Below, in pieces: positions 14,816 through 26,940 of a DNA stretch of 64,000 bases. Location of the stretch: positions 60,326,001-60,390,000 of the forward strand of contig NC_043000.1 of NCBI RefSeq assembly GCF_006345805.1, written 5' to 3'. This DNA is from Octopus sinensis. Its lineage: Eukaryota. The position numbers and the translations under genes were made by a program. The notes below the pieces were generated by a model that saw nothing but the letters and a program-made list of their open reading frames with translations, ran no database searches and was not told where the DNA came from. Position 1 is the first letter of the stretch. Each line of letters opens with the position of its first letter.

Positions 14816-14924
14816 ATGTATTTATTCCGCAAGATTCCTGATGTGAAATCATGTGTTGAACAGATAAGGGATGGCCATATTTTACCAATTAAATTTAGTT
14901 GCCAAAAATGACCATCCCCAAGTA

Positions 14925-14989
<65 letters not shown>

Positions 14990-14991
<2 letters not shown>

Positions 14992-15169
14992 GAAATTTAT
15001 AGAAAAACAAAAGACAAAGACAGGTGTACAAACAACAAGCAGGTGTATTAGTTTGATGCTAGGGAAAAATGAAAAGAGCCTACACTCTTCAACAGAAAGG
15101 AATAAGAGAAAATAAACAGAGAAAGAATGAAAAAACTTGTAGAGTTCAGCAGTCCAACATGGCAAATAT

Positions 15170-15170
<1 letters not shown>
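14990..15170 (-). mobile_element. Penelope-like element 3' tail remnant, inverted
   Basis: Reverse complement of the same tail family (AGAGCCTACACTCTTCAACAGAAAGG at about 15076-15101), flanked on both sides by (TA)n. Confidence 0.65.
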
Positions 15171-15202
<32 letters not shown>

Positions 15203-15660
15203 GCAAATTATCAGAAAATGGAGAAAACCTCAGATTGACAAACACATCGATTGGACCACATTTGTAGCTTATTTTTTAATACAAAGCATGACATAACAAA
15301 TAGGTCATTTCTGATCAGTTGCCAAAATGCTGTCTATAAATAAATGCAAGAATAAAGTTCTTCATCATCATAGGGCATTCGAATTAAGTCAACATAGCTT
15401 CATCAGGCTCTCTTTCAATATACAAAGGTATCTTGACTTATTAAAAAATGTAATGGATTCTCTTTTATGATAAATACCCATAGATTTTTTGCCACTGTAG
15501 AGACACTAAATAATTCAAATAAAAAACAGTTTAATACCCAAGCTGCTTTTGGGACAACGGATAAAAGGGAAACAACAGAACATCCTGAAATTGTATGTAT
15601 GCATCTGTGAATGTATGTGTGTTTGTGCAATAGCAGTTAAGGGCATACACATGCATTCAC

Positions 15661-15723
15661 GCATGCACACACACACACAAACACGCACGTGCTAACACAC
15701 ACACACGCGTGCACACACACACG

Positions 15724-15768
<45 letters not shown>
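15661..15768. repeat. (CA)n tract with a (CG)n core
   Basis: Read directly: ...ACACACACGCGCGCGCGCACACAC... Confidence 0.9.
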
Positions 15769-15771
<3 letters not shown>

Positions 15772-16870
15772 CTTCTAAATTTATTTCAGTGAGGATTTGA
15801 AAACTGGTCTTATTTTATGAAGGAAGTGAGTAAAGAAAACTTTTGAATTTAGTTTTAATTATAAAATTAGATCTTTCAACAGCTAAAAGCATTCTTTTTC
15901 ACCTTTAGAATTATTGCATATATATTGAAATGTTTCATTAAATAGAACCTTTTTCTTTTTTCATATATTTTTCGCCATTCTGTCAAACACTTGGAATTAC
16001 TATATGAAAGTGGGGTAAAATTGGTAACTGCGTCAAATGAATAATTTCTGATTTCTTGTTATTTTCTCTTAATTTGTACCATAGCATAATTTTTGGGAGT
16101 AAAATTTGAGCAGTATAGGTTACGTAGTTGGGAATAAAAACTGGTAAGTATAAGTTATGTAGTTGGAAGTAAAAATTGGTCAGTATAGTTTACATAGCTG
16201 TTGAAGTTGAGAGTTTGAAACATAAGTGACAGATACTATTTTCAAAAAGATTTTCCTCAAATTTGACTTGATTGTAATTGAGGTAGCTAATAAAATATCT
16301 ACATAAATTTTGGTGAAGAAGCTATAAAGAATATTTTATGTTGAGTTTTTAGATTTAGTGAGTTTCATTAATTTCATATTATCTGCTATTTTTCCATAAT
16401 CCTCTTTCATTTGACCTAGATATTTTAAATTTTGTTGCATTTATGATGTCTAACGATGGATGTTTATGTGTATGACTCTTTTGTTCAAATTTAATTCTGG
16501 TGAAATTGAAGGGCATATTTAGCTTGTCTTGTTTACCCATATTGCCCTGCCTAAATTTGTCTTTTATATGCTTAAAGAGAACAGTGATAATTTTCTGAAA
16601 GTGTTCTGAATATGTTATAGGTTTTTCTGCATGTAGAGAAGATCTTTACTTCGCTGATATAGTTTTTGCAAAGTAGTGAACATTTGCAATACATATATTT
16701 ACTTCAAAGTCAAAAATGCAGTATTACTCATGGTACCCCACAAGCAGACTTTCAGAAAGCTGTTTGAATTTGCCATTTTTTGTTTCTACCCTGCTCACTT
16801 TCACACACAAACTCTCTCACACACACACATACACACACACACACAAAAATCTCACACACACACACAAACT

Positions 16871-16918
<48 letters not shown>

Positions 16919-17839
16919 CATCATGCCTTTGCAATAGCAACAAATACAAAAATGATTTTTTCTTTTTTGTAATTTTCTGTCATTTTATCTTATTCTAAAT
17001 TCTGAAACATATGTAACTCACATTAAAAGAAGAAAAAACTCTTACCCCACTTTTCTCTCCTTCATTGTACTTTTCACAATGAAGGAAAAGTCAAACACTG
17101 CAGGTGAATGTGTGAAAAACGGAATTTGAAAAAGTTAAGATTTTTTTTGCCGATGACACTCCCTGGACCTTAAGTAAGGCATGTGTAAAATTTGAATGAA
17201 ATTGGTTGTGTAGTTCTCAAGTTTTAGGGAAACAGACAGACAGACACATTTTTATTCATTTATTTTAATTTTCTCTGCTAATTCATAAAATTTAGTTACA
17301 TGAAAAATATTGGGTTTTGAGATTGAAATTTGGTAATTTTTTAAGATTTTAATTCCTGTGTATAAGGGGCCCACCGACCTTGAAGTGTCCCCCCACCATG
17401 CACGTGTGTGTGAATATTATTTACAATAAAAATTTGCACAACTTCAGAGTAAAACCTCTCAGTACAGTTCGCCTGCATTGATCATTTCTTGTGGGCACTC
17501 ACTCCCATTCTGTTTATTGTTTTAGTTTTCCCTCTGCCAGCATGAGCAATGTGAAACACGTTGCATTTTATTATATGTATTGGATAAGATTAGTTAAGCA
17601 GATTGAACTTTCAAATACAAAAGACGAACAGAACAATTAAGTAGAGATGGTGATATAGCAACAAAGTAGAAACGCTGTTGGATAATTTAGAAAACTATTT
17701 CATTAAATATTATGAGACAAATGCACTAAATAAACAGAATGACTCTAGTTCATGTCAAATGATTTACAAAGTAAATTTTAAAAATTGGAACAAATTCAAC
17801 AGCTTCAAAAGCTAAAATGTTAATCACAAAAAAAATGTA

Positions 17840-17896
<57 letters not shown>

Positions 17897-18441
17897 ACAC
17901 ACACACAAAATCATAGCAAATTATATATTCTGAGCCTAATAGAAACTTTAAAATAAATTTTTCTGCATTATTTTCAACAAGTGCAAATAGGAAGGTCACT
18001 TTATTTTCCTTTAAAGAATGATAAATTAATATACACATAACACAATATATCATTTTCTTCAATGCAATAAAAAAAAAGTAAATCAAAACTCTATTTCAAT
18101 CTGGAAAAACTAGGATTTTTCTACTTTCCCAAGTATGTTTCTGCTAGTAAAGAATGAATGAATGAATGAATGAATGAATGTATGTATGCATGTATGTATG
18201 TGGAGATGTACAAACATACATACAAAAATCAACTTTTGCTAGTCTTTGCCTTTTCCCAGTTTTATGCAAATCTTTGTTTCTCAAATGAAAAAATATTTTT
18301 TAACACCACTCCTCCTTTCCCACTTCTGAAAGTTAAAAGATTAATGTGAAACCAAAGAACTGATTAAAGTCAAGTAACAAATAAATAATCTATACAGTTC
18401 AACCCTTTAAATTATTTACTGCCAAGCTTTATATATGTGTG

Positions 18442-18487
<46 letters not shown>

Positions 18488-20814
18488 ACATACATACATA
18501 CATATATATATATACATACAAAAATGAATCTTAAGAAAGGGAACATTAATAAATTTTTTTCTTATCTTGACAAAAATGTATAAAAATAAATCTCTGCAAG
18601 ATAAAGATAACACCCAGTAAGCTAGATTTCTGATGATTCAATTGGAATAATTCTCCTAAAACATAAAGACATAAAGAACAATAACAAAACATTTGGTATT
18701 GGAAACAAATAATGCATTCCACAAGTCATCTGATAGTTCACTTATTCCATTTCTTTTTGGAACTCTATGTTCTCAATTAATTAAATTATAATTTGCTTCC
18801 CAACCATGTGGTTTCAGTTTTAGTTCCACTGAAAGTATCTTCTACAATAGCCCTTGGCCAACTAAACCTTGTGAGTAGATGTTGGTAGACAGAAACTTAA
18901 AGAAGATTGTCGTATGGTTCACATGTACGTGTATGTGAGTGTGTGTTTATATTTGGTCTTTTCCAAAAATTGTTGAGCTACAAGCAGTGGTAATTTCTTT
19001 TATCAGCAAATCATCCACTGGCTTGCACTGACAAAGGTATATTGCACAAGAGACCCTTTTATTTGAAAAAGAGAAAGGGCTTTAGACAGGATCAGTATGA
19101 CAGTGTGTAAAGTTTGGACCTAATGAATTAGAGATATAATCCATCCAACAGGCTTCTGCACAGTTTCCATCTATCAGTTTCACTCACAAGGCAATAGAAG
19201 TTGACACTTACCAAAAATACCATGCAGTTAGATCAAAGTCAGAACCTCATGACTGTGAAGTGAACTTTTGAACCAGTCAACTATACTGCACCTTAGCATC
19301 ATAGTTGTGTGCCTTTCACCAACACATTCTGGCTTTTCTTCAGTCATCACACTCTCGTCATCACATCATCTACCATGACAAAAGGTCATCCAACCCCACC
19401 CCTACCAAACTGGCACACTCTCTAGAGTGGTTGGCAAGTGAGCAGAGAAAAAGTAAGATTGAGAGGTTCATTTAATCCAGTCTCACTGAAGACTTAACAA
19501 CCTCTTCAAAAGTTGGTGACATGAAAATGCACCCAGTACACCTTGTGAAGTCATCGATGATAGAAACGGCAGCTAGCCATAGAAACCAAGCCAAAATGGA
19601 ATATACAAGCACCAGTCAATAGAGGCAGCAGTTTCCAATAAGAATTGACTTCTGAAGCCTCTTATGTGTCTTTATATCTCCCTCTCCCCTGCTCCTACAC
19701 CTTGCACATCACTCCACTATTTTCTGTTCTATTCTCCTTCCTGTGAAAATACTACTTCTTCCACCTTACCCATCCAAATATTGGTATTTCCCATCATCTG
19801 CACCCCAACCCTAGTTCATCATTCACAACATGAACCTCTACCTCCATCTGTTTACTTCCCCCTCATCTTATGAAAGAATCTACTCTTTCATCTCTTCCCA
19901 TGACCTACTGACTACATCCTCTCTTATGCTCATCTTTTTATTCTTTGAGGGTTTGCTCCAGCACCCATTCACTCCCTTCTTTTTATCTCCTTTAGCCATG
20001 AAGCTCCTCTGTAGCAAAATGCCGGCGCTTGTCCCTCTATCATACTTTAGTTATTCAACACCTAGCCTAAAACCGCTCACCTCCACCTTCCTCTCCTGAA
20101 TACTCCCTCTTAATAATGAGAGCTTTTTTTCCTGTTCTTTTCTAATTTGCAAGTCACATGGCAACCTCAGTTGTGCAATGACATGAAAAATGCCTCCAGT
20201 GCAACCTGTCAAGTGGTTGATGCAAGGAGGGTCATCCAGCCATAGAAACCATACCAAAGATGACACTGGAACTCACCACAGCCCTGCAACTTGCCATTTT
20301 CCTGTCAAACCATCCAACCTATGCCAGCATGGAAAGGAAACATTAAATGACGACGGTGTTGATGTTGCTACAGTAAAAAGATATTCCTCACTCTGAGTTG
20401 GACTAAGTTCTTGATGATACTATAATTACTAGTAATACAGAGGTTGGTCAGCGGGGAAATACAATTATACTGACCCTAGTATGTAACCGATATTTTGTTT
20501 TATCAACTTTGGAAAGATGAATAGGAAGATTAACCAAAGCAAGATTTGAACTCAGCAGGTAAAGAGCTGAAATAAATACTAGAAGGCGTTTTTCTAAAAC
20601 TCTAATGATTCTTCCAATTTACCACTCTTGGTAATTCTGTCAACTACTGAAATTCCTTTCTCAAGATATGAAATAATTTACATCTCAGGCAACAAGTACA
20701 AATTTAAAATGTTTATTAGTTAAAGTACACAAGCAATAAAGTGGTTCAAATATTTCAAAAGTAGTAGCCTTGATCAACTTCTAGTGCTTTACCCCTTTAT
20801 TCACCAAGTATTTC

Positions 20815-23040
20815 ATGATTATCATCATCATCATCATCATCTAATGTTTTAAATCTAGGTTTTGTCCCTATTAACAGGGGTGGCTGGATCTACCTCAATG
20901 CCATAGCAACTGCCCTCACACCATCTTGCCCTGTTTTGCGCATCCTCCCTTCTCAAGCCAACCCTCCCAATCTCCTCATTCCTGTCCCCTCAACATTTTC
21001 CTGGATCTACCTCGCTTTCGTGGTCCACTTACTTCAAACTCAAGTACCTTCTTCAAAACGTACTCCCCATCCCTCCTCAACACATGCCCATACCACTGCA
21101 CTCCATTCACCCTTGCCAGCTGTTCCACCAATTCTTCCAACCTCTGCATCCCCATCAAGTCCTCAGACCTCCTCTTATCCAACAGCTTCACTCCTCACAT
21201 TTCTCTCACCATTGCTCTCACGGTCCTTCTCAAAATTGCCATCTCTTTCACTCAGGCACCATGTCTCATGTCTATAAAGCATTGTAGCTCTCACACAACT
21301 CCTATAGACCTTTCCTTTCATCTTCAATGAGAACCTTTTCCCATATAACAACACTCCACATTCCCTGAACTTCACCCAGCCAAGTCTTGCTCTTGCTGTC
21401 ACAGCTGCTTCACATCCACCATTTACATCCATCCTATCTCCTACATAACAAAATCCTCTCACCATTTCCTCCTCATCACATAACGTTCCACTGGTTCTGC
21501 CAGCCCTCCAGCTCCTTTCTCACATCTTCCACAAACAAACTCTCTTGCCAGTCTTGGGGTCACCTTCTTCATTTTTGTACATCTATCATGAATCCATTTC
21601 TCACATCTCGTACACAACACTGCATTTGCCATTACCCTCCTCCAACATACACCTCACGGATCCATCTAACTCACTAATACTTCTCCTTCCACCCCGCTCA
21701 CCATCACCTTTGTCTTCCTGAGGTTTACCTTCTAACCCTTGCTTTCAAATACCTCCTTCCATTTCCAAAACTTCTCCCTCAATCCCTCCAGCATCTCACT
21801 CATCAGAACAAGGTCATCCACATACAGTATCTCCATTATCAATCCTTCTCTTGCACTCTCCATCACCACATCAACCACTATTGCAGACAACAACAGTGAC
21901 AACACAGCTCCCTGATGCACACCAACTTTCACTGAAAACTCCTCTGACAACTCTGATCCAATTCTAACTCTTGTCTTTACCCCCTCATATAAACTTATCA
22001 CTGCCTTCACTATTACCTCTAGTACACCTCTCTTCCTCAATGCCCACTCAATCACCTTCCTTGGAACCCTATCAAATGCCTTCTCCAGATCAACGAAGCA
22101 TATGCACAATTCCTTCTTATCTTTGTATTTCTCTGGCAATCTCCTTACATTGAACACTGCATCTATTGTCCCCTTTCCTGGCATAAAAAAAATTGCATCT
22201 CATCCACATCCACCCCTTTCTGAATTCTCCTCTCCAAAACCCTTTCCACTATCTTCATTGCATGCTCCAATAACTTCAGTCCCCTATACACCCTAGAACT
22301 CATCGCATTCCCCTTCCCCTTGAAGATTGGTACCATCATACTTAGCGCCTAATCATCTGGCATTCCTCTTCCATCCAGCATACCCTGATAGAGTTCCATC
22401 ATCACAACAATCCCTATCTCTCCACTTGCAGTTATCATTTCCACACTTACTTCTGATGGACCAGATGCCTTTCCTCTTTTCATTTCCTTCATTGCCTCCA
22501 CTACTTCTTCCTGACTAATCCTCTCTACTGGCCCCTTCACAACTTCCATCCTCTGATCCCATTCATTCTCCTCATTCATAATTCCAAACTCTTCCCTTCT
22601 CCTTCTCACTAAAATTCAACCTTCCATCATGCATGTTCCACCCTCAACATCTCTGCCATTTTTTCATTGATTTAATAAACCTAAACACTCTATCTGGGTT
22701 CTCATCCAGCCCGCTCAACCTCTCCTCAGCCTCCTTCCTCATAGATCTCGCAATCACCCTCTTTGCATTATTCTTCATGTTATCATACCTGGATTTCTTT
22801 TGCTCAGTCCTATTATGACATAAAGCTTTGTGTGCCTCCTTCTTCCTCGCTATCGCATCCCTCACCTCCTCATTCCACCACCATGTATCTCCTCAATCTC
22901 TCCTACCTTTCATCCTTCCATACACTTTGTCACATGCCTTTAGTACCCCTTCTTTAAAAGTCTTCCACAAATCTGGTGCATTAATGCTTACCAACTCCCC
23001 AACTCTCCCCTTAAACCAAAAGAGTCAGCCAGGGTTATGG
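20815..23040 (-). mobile_element. 5'-truncated RTE-clade LINE (RT, inserted PHD finger, 3' region); pseudogenised
   Basis: ORF 21732-22184 carries RT motifs (FVDLEKAFDRV, GVHQGAVLS, ILYVDDLVL); downstream WYGHV and GPRKRGR motifs; (GAT)n-like tail near 20820-20845. Confidence 0.9.
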
Positions 23041-24639
23041 AGATGATACATATTAAATCATGAGTACCAGAATATAGTATTCTCTAATAATCTCTATCAA
23101 GAATCCTTAATCTAGTCCGGACTTTATAATAAATGGTAGTATTTTTCTCTTTTCCAGAAATGTATTTAAGAGAATCAGATAAAACAATTGCTTTTGAAAT
23201 GCTACACAATATTCATTAATTTAAAAGTATTTGTTTCATGTTTTTCTTTCTTTCTTGGGATATTATAGTCATAGTTCAGAAGTTACAATTGAGAAAAATA
23301 CTATACTGAAAATGGTGAAAATGGTGAACTGGCTTCAAGGATGGTGGTGGTGTTGATGACAGTAGTAGCTTAATAATAAATAATGTTATATATTGGTGTG
23401 CTTATATATTTTTCTTTATGGTTTGATTTGGCATTGAAAAGGTATTGTTATTTCACATAAACATGCAAAATGGAGTTTAAATATAGCAGAATATTTTATG
23501 AAATCACTAACTCAAACAATTATGATTGTAAAATAAAAAGAAAACTCATTTCTCTCTCATACCATTTTTTTTGGTCTTTCATTAGATTACTTTATTTCTT
23601 CTCTTGTTATTCATGCTATCCTTTTATTTTTCTTTCATATTTCCCCAATCCAGACATAAGGTCAAAAAGCAGGTAATTAAATCAGAAGAAAGAAAGAATG
23701 AATATGTTAAGAGGTCTTAATTTTGTTTTACATAATTGAGAACATAACAACTGATTGAAACCAAATGTAATTGAAGATAAAACAACTAGCTGAAATGTGA
23801 AACATCTTGTGATACTTTAGTGTTTTTGTTTCCAACAAGAAAATTATATCTATTCTATAACAGTAAATTAGGATCCTGTCAGAAGAAAGCAATAAAGAGC
23901 ACTTTTGAAGAGAAGCTTGTTTGATATATATACATATAGTAAAAAAAGAGTAAAAGTAAAAATATTGCAATAGATTTTAGATAAAGGAAAGAATTTTCCC
24001 TTCCAATGTTGTTCCAAGATTTCCAAGCAAATTAAAATGCTAAAATGAAAATGAAAGGGATACTTAACTGAATTTTGTCCATTTACTACTAAGATCGTAT
24101 TTCTTCAAAAAAAAAAAAAAGTAATATTAAGAAATCAAAAGTAGAAAACACTCAGATGGAGTCAAATTTTCAAAGAGCAATTAATAGTATGTTGAGTGAA
24201 AAGTGAATTTAAAGTGCTGATAAAAGTATACAGATGTGATGGGGAATAGTAATTCCAGCAAATTTAGTATAATAAAAACACATTAACACACACTATGGAA
24301 ATAGTACAAATGCAATTGAAATACCTTAATATAAAATCTTGGCACTATTTCTGTTTAAATATGACTTTTCACTGCAAGTTATTTCTTCAAATCTAACCAT
24401 GATTAAATGAATATATGACTCAGTATATATGAACAAACTTCCTATGAGATCAAATCTTAGGGAGATGCTAAAAGATTTAAAAAGCCTTTTCAAATTTGGC
24501 ATGATTAATAGATTTTGTATCCTCTTCCTTTTATAACAGAAATTTTCTGGAAAACATCTAAATTTAAGAACATTATTATTTTCATTAATTTTAATAACTT
24601 GGACTGTTTTTATTTAAAGTTTGTAGAGAAGAAGCAGTG

Positions 24640-25000
24640 CATAAAATATTTGTAGGCTTTCCTAGACATTTGTAGATCAGTGGATAGAGAGGGAAGTATT
24701 TAGTGTAGTCTAGAACTCAGTGATAGAAAGGAGATGAGTTAGGGAATGGAAAGTAAGGAGTTAACTAGATCAGAAAAACATAGGCAGTATGGTAGCAACA
24801 GAAGATGCAAAGAGAGAAAAAGACACATCTGCTAGTGATTATACTGTATTGGTGAGTGAATTATTGTCAATCGGTTTAACTACCTTCTTTTGTATGCAAT
24901 CTAGAGGATGTTTCTGCATGGATGCAGAAGTATTACTTTCATATGTGAGAAGTACTCCAATGTCAGCAGTACTTAAACTTGGTAGAGTGTTTGTGTAAAA
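24640..25000 (-). mobile_element. Degenerate CR1-group LINE 3' fragment
   Basis: Minus frame reads LDCIQKKVVKPIDNNSLTNTV*SLA, resembling the post-RT region of CR1/L2-group LINEs. Confidence 0.55.
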
Positions 25001-26609
25001 CTGTCAATTATTGCTTTTAATTTTTTTCCCTTTCCTGATCAATTGTACACAATTCCAAAATATACAATCTTTTGAATCAGGAACCAATTATTATAAGATC
25101 ATTCTTGTAACAATAAAACAGTCTATTTCAGTAATCAATAAAATCACAATAAAATTTTGTTCCAAAGTTTATCTTACAATTATTGGTTCTCAATTCAAAA
25201 ACATTATTTATTTTTAAATCGATAAGACCATCTGAGAACCACACTTCATCAAGGATCAAATTCTTGTAGGAAATTAGTCAGTGAAAGCTACCCTATTGAT
25301 TGAAATGTTAAGAAACCAGTTATATGAGTTGAACAATGTTCTACAGAAAAGAGAAGGTATGCTGTATACTTGTAAAATTATAACGAGAAAGGGAAACCTC
25401 AAAACAAAACAATGTTCTGTCAACCATCAGGATGTCATTCATACAGATTATTTAAAAGGTGATGTAACAAAGTAAGCAACAAAGTAACTTGGCACCAAAC
25501 CATCTAAATGGTACCATTATAAACTAGCATCAAATTACCAAAGAAAAATTTTCAGTCAAAAACAAACCAATTCACAAAAATATTTCATCAATATTCATAA
25601 AAAAAAATCGTAAATTTAATACATTTTTCTAAATCTAATTTTACGGGCCTTGCCTCTCAGTTCTAAAACAAATAAGTAAAGTAGAATTGTAATATCTTTG
25701 ATTGTGAAATAAAATATTTCTCTCTCTCTTTCTAAAAATTTGCCTGTAGATGATAGAATTGATCAATGACACATGATTATATGACAATCTGAAACAATGT
25801 TTAATATCTTAATATCTTTTCAACATAATTAACACAGAAATAACTAACTTCATGTTCAGAATAAATGATGACTTTTGCCTCAGTAGAAGACAGCGAGTAT
25901 ATATCTATTGACTATAATAAAATAATGGTGGCAATGACTATGATGATGATAACGCATAGCATTCACTCAAGGGAGAAGTTATACTCAATATAATCAATCT
26001 TAATTCATTATTGATGCCTATTTTAACAAACTCAGATGGATTAAAGGTCAAATCAATCCTAATGAAAAATGGCAGATTTGTTGAAGAAGTCAGAGAGAAA
26101 TAAGCCTTGTAGTATTTAGTTATGGTCCTTTACATTTTGAGTACAAATCATACTAAGGTCAACTTTGCCTTTCATACTTTTTCTAATCAATGAATAAAGT
26201 AACAGCCAACTTCAATTAGGATTTTTTATTACACACTCTAAACATGAATGAAATTATAACAGAAGATAAAACTGCAATAATTATACTTTATATATGCTAA
26301 AACTTCAAGTTTATGCCCTTATTATCTCTATCATGCAGGTCAAACTACAAAGAATTTTGAAGTTTAAAATTTCAAGCAGCATTTGTCAAACATGAGAATC
26401 TTACTTTGCAGTAAAGCTGCTTATAAATTGCTTATACAGGCCTTTCTCGCATGTGCAAAATACACAGGCACTAATAATATCAATTAAATCAATAAAACAA
26501 CAATTGTCACTCAAGATAAAATTTACTTCATACACACATACCACCACCACCACCACCGCCACCACCATCATTTTACATTTATTTAGCTGTGCTTGCATGA
26601 GTTGAATAT

Positions 26610-26940
26610 GTCTTCCCCTGTACAGTACCTCACTACTTGTAGTCTTTTGTCATCTCCTTTATGAGGTTCAGCTTCCTGGCATCAGATTTCACCACTTCTT
26701 CCTGTGTCTTCCTCAATCTGCTCTTTCCACAGGTTCCTTTCACTTGGATCCTATGATACTTCTTTATACATGTGTCATCCTTCACATACATCACAAGACT
26801 ATATGAGCTCAGTCTCCTCTCTTGCACAAAAAATCAGATTCTCTTTATACTAAGTTTTTTTCTCATCTCCTTTGTGCTCTATAATCCATGCACACTCTTA
26901 TACACCTCAACTGAGATATGACTGCATGACTGAAAACATA
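26610..26940 (-). mobile_element. RTE LINE 3' fragment
   Basis: ORF 26633-26827 (RRLS..DDTCIKK..GTCGKSRLRKT..EVVKSD) is homologous to 43230-43400. Confidence 0.7.

Noticed and set aside
14836-14925. CTGATGT and CAGATAA-hairpin-CAAG as possible hammerheads
   Set aside because: The core has two or more mismatches and lacks GAAA; only the hairpin is supported.
16080-16200. Three repeats of about 35 bp that could suggest a CRISPR-like array
   Set aside because: They are diverged tandem units without unique spacers in a eukaryotic repeat context; a minisatellite.
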